Positions 55,759 through 63,013 are shown, counted from the first letter of the stretch. The stretch: 64,000 nucleotides of DNA from a bacterium (GCA_021780195.1 JAJXZE010000002.1:20220-84219); one strand, 5' to 3'. Numbers and translations: made by a program. Notes: a model not told the origin generated them from the letters alone.

Positions 55759-55824
55759 GGGCGAGTTGACGCACTCAACTCGCCCCTTCTTCCGAACTCA
55801 TCATCATGGTGATGATGAGTTCGG
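55759..55824 (+). promoter_or_regulatory. Two tandem perfect hairpins preceding gene G
   Basis: GGGCGAGTTGA-CGCAC-TCAACTCGCCC (55759-55785, followed by CTTCTTCC) and CCGAACTCATCATCA-TGG-TGATGATGAGTTCGG (55792-55824). They may act as an attenuator, terminator or processing site. Confidence 0.45.
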
Positions 55825-55868
55825 AGAGAGGGTTCATTGACAACCAAATACGAAAGGAGGAAAGCAGA

Positions 55869-56621
55869 ATGGACAAGGTCCAAATCTACCCGCAAGGGCT
55901 CGGAGAGTACGAGCGGACACTTGGTCTGCGCTGGTCGGTATCATATTACTTGATGCCAGAAGCGCATACGTGCCAAGTGGTCTGCGACGGTCGCGAGCGA
56001 AAGTGTGAGATTTGGATCAACGGTACCACGTACCGAAATCCAGAACTCATGTTCGCTGATGTGATTCATGAGCTCTGCCATTGTAGTTTGGCAGAACGAA
56101 TCGATCCGGCTTTCTCGACGGTTTTCTTTTCCAACAAATGGAATGAAATCAGTCGAGAAGATGAGGCTCGGTTCGGTCAGCTTGCTCGCATGCTCTACTA
56201 CGCGTGGAGTCATGTAGACATTTGGGTGAACGATCTTCGTTTCGCCCACTGGCCAGAGCTCACAAACGAGGATCACAATACTTTTGCACAAGGGATGGTA
56301 GCAATCGTCCAAGCGCAGGAGTGGCGTGTTCTGCAGTCACCCGAAACAGTTCTTGGTCTGGCTCAATACCAGGCTGAGAGGAATCGGCATCATGTCAATA
56401 CGCCTGATCTGTTTGCAGCTTTAGAGGCAAACGGAGTGGGCGTGGATGACCAAATCCGAAAATTGGCTATCTACTTTGAGTCTTTGCCTCGATTGAAGTT
56501 CAATCAGAGAAAGGACTTGAAGGCACTCGAGCGGTCAGTTCAGGACGCAGCGAAGATGCTGAACTTTCCTATCACCCCCCGGCTTGTCTGGGAGGAACGA
56601 TGGGTATGGAGTCTCGACTGA
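55869..56621 (+). CDS. Operon gene G: HExxH-motif protein, putative zinc metallopeptidase
   Basis: Start moved to ATG 55869, after AGGAGG; the ORF-track start 55806 lies inside the hairpin. A single HELCH motif in ELMFADVIHELCHCSLAE. No other family signature recognised. Confidence 0.55.
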   Translation: MDKVQIYPQGLGEYERTLGLRWSVSYYLMPEAHTCQVVCDGRERKCEIWINGTTYRNPELMFADVIHELCHCSLAERIDPAFSTVFFSNKWNEISREDEARFGQLARMLYYAWSHVDIWVNDLRFAHWPELTNEDHNTFAQGMVAIVQAQEWRVLQSPETVLGLAQYQAERNRHHVNTPDLFAALEANGVGVDDQIRKLAIYFESLPRLKFNQRKDLKALERSVQDAAKMLNFPITPRLVWEERWVWSLD

Positions 56622-56658
56622 GACCCAAAGCAAAAAGCAAAAGGAAAGGAGAAATAAA

Positions 56659-57000
56659 ATGAGAAACGGCAATTTCCTGTATCAGCTGAGTTTGCAGGAG
56701 GCTTTCATTGTTCACCGCGGCGTAAGCCAAGGCGGCAAGAAGCTGAATGCAGATCAGCGGAGGATTTTCTGGCAGAGAAATAGCCAGAAGGTCAGCGGTG
56801 TCGAGATTGGTGCCGGCAAGGTGCTGGTCTCACTGGTTGGGCTCAGAGTTCTTCGCGAGAAGAATCTCGTGATCGTTTCCAACCCCGGGAAACCGAGGAT
56901 ATGGACGATCAAGCGGATCATGGAATCCGCTGAGAGGAATCAAGTTATTCCAGAACTGACGCAGGGATCGTCTCAGCGTCGAGGTGGACTGAAGCTGTAG
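56659..57000 (+). CDS. Operon gene H: 113-aa protein ending RRGGLKL
   Basis: Start at ATG 56659, after AAGGAG. The tail ...TIKRIMESAERNQVIPELTQGSSQRRGGLKL shares KRI...RRGGLKL with the AAA+ ATPase. Confidence 0.65.
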   Translation: MRNGNFLYQLSLQEAFIVHRGVSQGGKKLNADQRRIFWQRNSQKVSGVEIGAGKVLVSLVGLRVLREKNLVIVSNPGKPRIWTIKRIMESAERNQVIPELTQGSSQRRGGLKL

Positions 57001-57055
57001 CAATTCCAAACCTGTTTGCCTCAGGCAAACGCAACTGAAATGAAAGGAGATCGAA

Positions 57056-58366
57056 ATGAAAGGGATCTATTACAGCAGACATTGCGGTTATGATAACCGC
57101 GATCAGAACAAGGACGACTGGCGTCAGCCGGTCGAAGGTGAATCCATCATTCTCAATCGATCTGCGTTCTCCAAGTTCTTCCCCGAGGTCGTAATCCAAG
57201 GGGAAATCAAGTGGAGATGCAAGGATCACAGCGATGAGCGGTGCGAGGGCTGCAACGGTTGCGACCAGAGTGTGAAAATCACTTTTGGCCGCGAAGGGGG
57301 GCAGTTCACCGTCAGTCGCACGGACGAGGGCAAGACCCACAACATCGACCAGTTCGGCTGGGGATGGAGTGGGAACGGGGCCAACGAGCACTGGTTCGAT
57401 GATGAGGCGATCTGCCTCAAGTTGGTCAGTGACTATCGATCAAACACAGGCCTTACGGCCGACTCCACAAGGATCGTCTCTTACAAGCGACACGTGGAGG
57501 TTGATTCTTTCCGCGGCGATTGCAAAGATGAAACACGAACATTGCCCAAGGGAGGTAAGATTTGGGCGGAGTTCGTCAATCATCCGGCGCAGTACCGCGC
57601 AAACTGGACGGGCTTCGGGATCGGGACATTGGATTCTGACGCTACGCCAATCATTGGCGACGCATTGGACAACCTGATCGAGACAATGCTTTCCGGCAAC
57701 ATCGGCAAGGAGACGGTGTGCAGACACAACAGTAACGTACGAGCGCACATCGTGACCGCCGATCCCAACAAGGTCTCCCTCTACCTCTGCAAATCCTGTC
57801 GGATGCGCGGAGTGCGGTGGGAAGAGTTCATGACCAGGAATCGCGCGGATACGTGTCCTTATTTCCGCCGCGCTTGCAAGAGCGTAGTGGAGAAATCGGA
57901 CTCGTTCCCCGAGTGGTTCAGCTGGAACGGCGACAATCTGCTTTCTTCTACCCTTCGGCTGAAAGACGGCGAGTACAATGCGTACGAAGTCGTCTATGTT
58001 CGAAGGAAGGAAGGATTCATTCGCCGGTCGGTGCTTCTTCTAAACGATCGCACTCGTGAAGTGTGGATGTTCCGCTACAACGGATTCATCCCGCGCACGA
58101 TGGCGGAGTTCAAAACCAAGTACGCCGAAGGTCGTCAGATTAGCGGCTACATGGGCACCGGTCCGACAGACCGCAGCTACAACAGCGAAAATCCCAATGA
58201 CAGATTCCTGTCAGAGGCGAAGATCGCGGAGGCGATTGCACAGGGTTTGAGCAACCCAGTGTGGAGAAACGGAACCTCCTTGCTCATCTCCATCGATTTG
58301 GGTCGCAACGATCTTCACGATTTCGCGATCCAGAAAGGGGAGATCAACGGCTACCAGATTGCGTAA
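57056..58366 (+). CDS. Operon gene I: 436-aa Cys-rich protein, unknown family
   Basis: AAGGAG SD. Cys clusters C55-x7-C-x2-C-x2-C (CKDHSDERCEGCNGC) and C-x2-C...C-x6-C (LCKSCRMRG...CPYFRRAC). The stop TAA is followed by a 65-codon in-frame open extension. Confidence 0.7.
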   Translation: MKGIYYSRHCGYDNRDQNKDDWRQPVEGESIILNRSAFSKFFPEVVIQGEIKWRCKDHSDERCEGCNGCDQSVKITFGREGGQFTVSRTDEGKTHNIDQFGWGWSGNGANEHWFDDEAICLKLVSDYRSNTGLTADSTRIVSYKRHVEVDSFRGDCKDETRTLPKGGKIWAEFVNHPAQYRANWTGFGIGTLDSDATPIIGDALDNLIETMLSGNIGKETVCRHNSNVRAHIVTADPNKVSLYLCKSCRMRGVRWEEFMTRNRADTCPYFRRACKSVVEKSDSFPEWFSWNGDNLLSSTLRLKDGEYNAYEVVYVRRKEGFIRRSVLLLNDRTREVWMFRYNGFIPRTMAEFKTKYAEGRQISGYMGTGPTDRSYNSENPNDRFLSEAKIAEAIAQGLSNPVWRNGTSLLISIDLGRNDLHDFAIQKGEINGYQIA

Positions 58367-58683
58367 CTTGACCACGAAGGCAAGGAGTGCGAGCTGGAGG
58401 CCAAGCCAACCCCCGCTCCGTTCTACACGGACGCGGGTGCCAGTTACCATCTGATTTACGGTGATTGGGCGCAGCATACGGTTCTCCGCCATCACGGCGA
58501 GGAGCTGTATCGCTCGGATCGGAGCAATTACAAGTGGTTCATGCTCCGAGTCGCAAAGCAGTAGAACCACGCCACCTCGTCCACCCGAGGTACGAATTCA
58601 AAGTGAGTCAGGGGAGTGGATAATGGCTCAAAGGGTTAAAAGGTTTACAATCAAGGGAGCAAGTAATGCACTTGCTTGCTCCC

Positions 58684-58736
58684 TCTCTTTCTCGGATGTG
58701 TATCCGAGCTGATGAGTCCGAAAGGACGAAAAGAGA
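58684..58736 (+). ncRNA. Type III hammerhead ribozyme
   Basis: Reading 5' to 3': TCTCTT (stem III 5' strand), U17, predicted cleavage between 58690 and 58691, then stem I CTCGGAT-GTGT-ATCCGAG. These are followed by the core CUGAUGA, stem II GUCC-GAAA-GGAC, the core GAA, and AAGAGA (stem III 3' strand). All conserved core nucleotides are present. Confidence 0.8.
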
Positions 58737-58996
58737 CAGAACATTAAAAAAGTGATATAATATAAATGGCCATCAAGAGGCCGATGCGTCAGCTTAACGG
58801 AATCGGATCGGGGCAGCAGTGTGAGATCGTCCCCGCTCTGTGTAAATAGAGAAGGGACAAAAATCTCTCTCCTCTAAAACACCGTTCCTCGGTCTGTATA
58901 ATTTCAGGTAAGCTGGCGCGCGGCCTCGTGATGGACATCAGCCCGTCACGAGGAGAGGATGAAAGGCGCAACTTTTCATCCTTTAATATACAAAGT

Positions 58997-59022
58997 CCGC
59001 CTTCTTAAGGCGGCCCTTTTTT
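58997..59022 (+). terminator. Rho-independent terminator
   Basis: CCGCCTT-CTT-AAGGCGG followed by CCCTTTTTT. Confidence 0.7.
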
Positions 59023-59189
59023 GTTTAGTTGAATGGATTTTCAAAATTAAATTTATGAGACAATAGCCGATTCTTGAAACAAAATGACGCATAACAATCT
59101 TGCCTTGCAAAGAATGAAATTCACAGAAAACACTCTCATTGCCCGCGCATTCTTGGTGGAGGCGATTATCACAGGGATCCTCTCGCCAT

Positions 59190-59512
59190 TTACCTCACGC
59201 TCCTGTACCCGCCCGGGACGCCCTCCGTTGAGAGGACGATCTGCCACAGCTGGTTTTTGCGCGCGCGGAAGGAACCGGCGCAGGCGAGAAGGTAGTACTT
59301 TCACATGCGGTAGAAGGTGTCGCCGTACTTTGGGGCGATCTCGGGCCAGCGGCGGTCGAAATTCCGGAACCATGCCATGAGCGTCCGGTCATAGTCGGCG
59401 CCGAAATTGTGCCAGTCCTCCATGACGAAGAGGCGCTCCGCCGCGCGCGTCCGATCTGCGCCACGGAAGGGATCATTCCGGGGCAAAATATGAAAATTAA
59501 AAGGCGCTTCCT
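59190..59512 (-). pseudogene. cfa: Cyclopropane-fatty-acyl-phospholipid synthase (Cfa-family) 3' remnant
   Basis: Three pieces are readable: IFCPGMIPSVAQIGRA (one frame), then RLFVMEDWHNFGADYDRTLMAWFRNF..WPEIAPKYGDTFYRM (second frame), then an in-frame TGA followed by KYYLLACAGSFRARKNQLWQIVL...*. Together they match the Cfa C-terminal ~105 aa. The N-terminal ~270 aa are absent. Confidence 0.75.
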
Positions 59513-59550
59513 CCTCCGCAGGATAGCGCCTATTTCTTTCCGCCGCCCCA

Positions 59551-59898
59551 TCATGGGGCGGGGGTGCGGGGAATCACCTTCTCGTCCTGGATGACGAAAC
59601 ATCCAGACGGGAGTGCCCCTTGGACAAATAACATCTTGTTCGCGCCTACGTCGCGGACAAGATGCTTGTCTCCGTCAAGCGTTGCCGCGACGCAATAGAT
59701 GGTCTGCTCCTGTAGGTTATCCACCCCTGCTGGTCTTCCCAGCTGAATGGAGGTTGCAATTGCAAGTGCTGTCGCAATTGCGGCTATCCCCGCACCGAGG
59801 GGGAACCCTGCAATGGATTCCTCATCTTTCAGCTTCACCACTCCAAAGCCGAGGGCCACGGCCCCGCCGACGGCGAGCAAAATAACTACTCCTATCAT
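59551..59898 (-). CDS. Small membrane protein, hypothetical
   Basis: Two hydrophobic segments (MIGVVILLAVGGAVALGFGVV; GAGIAAIATALAIATSI). No family recognised. Confidence 0.4.
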   Translation of the reverse strand: MIGVVILLAVGGAVALGFGVVKLKDEESIAGFPLGAGIAAIATALAIATSIQLGRPAGVDNLQEQTIYCVAATLDGDKHLVRDVGANKMLFVQGALPSGCFVIQDEKVIPRTPAP

Positions 59899-60018
59899 AG
59901 TAGTCTCCTTTCCGTGGGATTAACCGCCCCACGAGCGGAACTGCTGTATATGATAACATTTCATAAAAGTTTGTCAAGTTGCTATCCTCGCCTTTATAAT
60001 AGGGTGGATATCATTTTC

Positions 60019-60504
60019 ATGTTCCTCTCCCTCATCGCGGCGGCGGACGAACAGGGCGTGATCGGCGACCATGGGAAGATCCCGTGGCACCTTCCCGCCG
60101 ACTTCGCACACTTCAAAGTGGTCACTACGGGCCACCCGGTTATCATGGGGAGGAAGACGTTTGAATCGATCGGCAAACCGCTCCCGGGCAGGACGAACAT
60201 CGTCGTGACCCGCGACCGCGGCTACGCGGCGGAAGGGTGCCTCATGGCGGATTCACTCGAGCGTGCGCTTGAACTTGCGGAGCAGGCGCAGGAGTCCTTC
60301 GTGATCGGCGGCGGCGAACTTTACCGCATCGCCATGCCGCACGCGACGCGCGTCTATCTCACGCGCGTGCACGGCGAATTCGCGGGCGATACGTATTTCC
60401 CGGCGATGGATGAAAAAGAATGGGAACTCGTTTCTTCCGAACCGCACGGGAAGGATGAAAAAAATCCGCACGCGTATACCTTCCTGACGTACGAGCGGAA
60501 ATAG
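60019..60504 (+). CDS. folA: Dihydrofolate reductase
   Basis: Start trimmed to ATG 60019. Sequence MFLSLIAAADEQGVIGDHGKIPWHLPADFAHFKVVTTGHPVIMGRKTFESIGKPLPGRTNIVV. Confidence 0.92.
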   Translation: MFLSLIAAADEQGVIGDHGKIPWHLPADFAHFKVVTTGHPVIMGRKTFESIGKPLPGRTNIVVTRDRGYAAEGCLMADSLERALELAEQAQESFVIGGGELYRIAMPHATRVYLTRVHGEFAGDTYFPAMDEKEWELVSSEPHGKDEKNPHAYTFLTYERK

Positions 60505-60603
60505 CGCGGCGGGCCCCGCGCACGGGAAGGACGGCAGAACGCTCCCTTTCGCGGCGCTTATGAGGGATGGTCGCGTTGCGAAAGGGAGTATTCTGCCGTC
60601 CCG

Positions 60604-61614
60604 TTATGCCTGCGGCGTGCCGCCGCGATCCTCCCCTTTCACAAACTTCTTCCAGGAGTCCGTCACGATGCCGCCCGCGGCCGTGAGTTCCGCTTTGATC
60701 GCGGGGTGGGGATCGTAGCCCGCGAGTACTGCGTGCTCGGGCCTGAAGTGGTCGATGTCCGTGACGGCGGGGTCGAGGGCGAGCGTGGGGAACGGGCGGG
60801 GTTCGCGCGCGAGCTGTTCCTTCACCGCCGCGGCATGATTTTCGTAAATGTGGACGTCGCCGAATGTGTGCACGAATTCGCCCGGCTCGTTGCCGGTCGC
60901 GCGCGCGAGGATGATCGTGAGGAGCGCGTAGCTCGCGATGTTGAACGGCACGCCGAGGAAGATGTCCGCGGAGCGCTGGTAGAGCTGGAGCGAAAGGCGG
61001 CCCTCCTTCACGTTCGCCTGATACATGTTGTGGCAAATGGGGAAGCGGCAGGCCTCCTCGGGCTTCGCCATCTCATAGAGATATTCCGGGTTCCAGGAGG
61101 TGACGATCGCATTGTGCGCGTCGGGATCCTTCCTGAGGTCGTTCACGAGCCAGCGGACCTGGTCTACGGTGCGCCCGTCCCTCGCGGGCCATCGGCGCCA
61201 GAGTTCGCCGTAGATGCGGGGGAGTTCGCCGTGCTCTTTTGCAAAGACGTCGTCCGCGGCGATCTTTGCGACGAACTCGTCCTTCCCGAGAGGCGACAGT
61301 TCGCCCTTCTCGGCGCGCTCGCGGTAGATGCGGTAGGGGTAATCGTCCCAGATGTGGACTTTCCGGTCCACGAGATATTTTATGTTCGACTGGCCGGACA
61401 GAAACCAGGCAAGTTCCTCTACGACGCCCTTCCAGAAAACTTTTTTCGTCGTGAGGAGGGGGAATCCTTCCGCGAGGTCGAAGCGGATCTGGCGACCGAA
61501 GACGCTTTGCGTGACCGCGCCTGTGCCCTTGTCCTCCTGGCGCTTCCCGTGATCCAGGATGTCCTGCATCAGGTCGAGATACTGGTATTCGGGGTGGCGC
61601 GGGGCGTTCGGCAT
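60604..61614 (-). CDS. thyA: Thymidylate synthase (ThyA)
   Basis: FPICHNMYQ...LQLYQRSADIFLGVPFNIASYALLT catalytic region. Confidence 0.92.
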   Translation of the reverse strand: MPNAPRHPEYQYLDLMQDILDHGKRQEDKGTGAVTQSVFGRQIRFDLAEGFPLLTTKKVFWKGVVEELAWFLSGQSNIKYLVDRKVHIWDDYPYRIYRERAEKGELSPLGKDEFVAKIAADDVFAKEHGELPRIYGELWRRWPARDGRTVDQVRWLVNDLRKDPDAHNAIVTSWNPEYLYEMAKPEEACRFPICHNMYQANVKEGRLSLQLYQRSADIFLGVPFNIASYALLTIILARATGNEPGEFVHTFGDVHIYENHAAAVKEQLAREPRPFPTLALDPAVTDIDHFRPEHAVLAGYDPHPAIKAELTAAGGIVTDSWKKFVKGEDRGGTPQA

Positions 61615-61693
61615 GGACGTGGTGGTCGGCGGGGTTCGGTGCGGAGGTGGCGCAGGGACGCGGCGGCGGCGTCGCCGCGGCAGGCCTTTCCGC

Positions 61694-62371
61694 CTACTCT
61701 ATCACGAAGATTTTTTCGGTGCCATAGTACTCGCGCCAGTGGGCGTTGTAGTGCGCGAACATGCGCGCGAGGCGGGCCTGGTCGAGTTCTTGGAGGCCTA
61801 CGTCCTCGATGAGCGTGCGGAGGCGCGCCTTGGTTTCGTCGGCTTTTGAAGGATCTTGTTCCACCATTTCAAATTCGGCGAGGTAGCCGTAGCCGGCGTT
61901 CTTGTCGATCGTCACGTTCGCGCCGTTGAACTTGTATTCCGTCCGCTCGCGCGACCATTTTGCCTGGTATTCGAATCCCGCGCCGAGCAGGGCCTCGTCG
62001 AGCTTCTCGATCGGGAGCGCGACTTCGCGTTCGAACTCGCGTCGCGCGGTGCCGTTCGCGCTCGTCGTATCGTCGATCGACGCTTTGAGGACGAGAAGCA
62101 CTTTGCCGTCGGCGTCGCGCGTGCGGAGCGAGACATCCTTTGCCTTCTCCGCGAGGGCGATGAACTCCGCGCGATCGCCTTCGTCCGCGAGTACCTGGGC
62201 CGCCCTGCGAAAGTCGCCTTTGCTCTCGAAGTAGTGATTCCGCTGGCGGTGCGTGCCGAGTGCGGCGAGCGAGGGGTCGAGTTCGCGCATGCGCGCTTCC
62301 AGCGCGCGCGCCCGTTCGGGCGCACCAAGAAGACATTTGATCTCTATCTCGTACGCCTCGTTATTTTTCAT
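61694..62371 (-). CDS. CYTH-domain protein (triphosphatase/class IV cyclase-like)
   Basis: N-terminal YEIEIKCLL (the ExExK motif) and a ~225-aa beta-barrel-length protein. Confidence 0.6.
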   Translation of the reverse strand: MKNNEAYEIEIKCLLGAPERARALEARMRELDPSLAALGTHRQRNHYFESKGDFRRAAQVLADEGDRAEFIALAEKAKDVSLRTRDADGKVLLVLKASIDDTTSANGTARREFEREVALPIEKLDEALLGAGFEYQAKWSRERTEYKFNGANVTIDKNAGYGYLAEFEMVEQDPSKADETKARLRTLIEDVGLQELDQARLARMFAHYNAHWREYYGTEKIFVIE

Positions 62372-62936
62372 GATCCTCGGAGAGCTTGGAGGAGAGCGGC
62401 GTCTGCTGGCCCGCGTATTTGTTGTTTACTTTCTTGTAATACGGAACTTCCACCTTGCTCGATACTTCTTCGAAGGTGAAGGCGCACGCGCGCATGCCCG
62501 GGTAAAGGAGCACGGGGACGATGCCGAGGTTGCCGAGTTCCATCACGGGCTTGCCGCGCCAGCCGGGATCGAAGACGGATGCCGTGCCGTGTACAATGAT
62601 GCCGAGGCGGCCGAGCGAACTCCGTCCCTCGATGCGGCCCACGAGGTCGTCCGCGATTTCGAGCCACTCGAGCGTCGTCGCGAGCGCGAGGTCGCCGGGC
62701 TGGAGCACGAAGGGTTCGCCGTCCTTCACCGTCACGGTATCCATCAGCTCGTCCGTGGTCGGCATGTGGCGCACGTCAATCGAGGCGATCTTCGAGCGGC
62801 GGAACGTGCGGAATTCGTTGCCGAGCCGGAGGTCGATGGAGCACGAACCGAGCTGGGTCTCGAAGTCCGGCGCGGGCGTGATCTTGACGCGGCCGTCCGC
62901 AATCGCTTTCTTGATATCGCGGTCGGAAAGAATCAT
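62361..62936 (-). CDS. dcd: dCTP deaminase
   Basis: Start trimmed to ATG 62936. Sequence MILSDRDIKKAIADGRVKITP...GRSSLGRLGIIVH. Confidence 0.9.
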   Translation of the reverse strand: MILSDRDIKKAIADGRVKITPAPDFETQLGSCSIDLRLGNEFRTFRRSKIASIDVRHMPTTDELMDTVTVKDGEPFVLQPGDLALATTLEWLEIADDLVGRIEGRSSLGRLGIIVHGTASVFDPGWRGKPVMELGNLGIVPVLLYPGMRACAFTFEEVSSKVEVPYYKKVNNKYAGQQTPLSSKLSEDHEK

Positions 62937-63013
62937 GGTACGGACATTGTACCGCCCCGCGGGCGCACGCCGCAAGGCCTTTTTAACCGCGGCTTAATGG
63001 CCTCCGTGCTAGG

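Noticed and set aside
55721-55768. RNase P RNA-like strings GAGGAAAG and AGTCCGGGC.
   Set aside because: In RNase P RNA these are contiguous (GAGGAAAGUCCGGGC). Here they are separated by 22 nt, each belongs to a different local hairpin, and the other RNase P conserved regions are not visible.
58741-58996. The hairpin-rich stretch between the hammerhead and the terminator, considered as a known riboswitch (fluoride, c-di-GMP or preQ1 were considered).
   Set aside because: None of the remembered consensus cores could be matched by eye. It is retained only as the probable 3' product of ribozyme cleavage, within the hammerhead finding.
59301-59303. TGA at a conserved aromatic position of the cfa fragment, considered as evidence for a TGA sense-codon reassignment (code 4/25).
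   Set aside because: Many solid genes in this window terminate at TGA at the expected length, for example gene D at 52571 and gene E at 53203. The fragment is also truncated and frameshifted, so a simple TGG->TGA pseudogene mutation is the most economical explanation.
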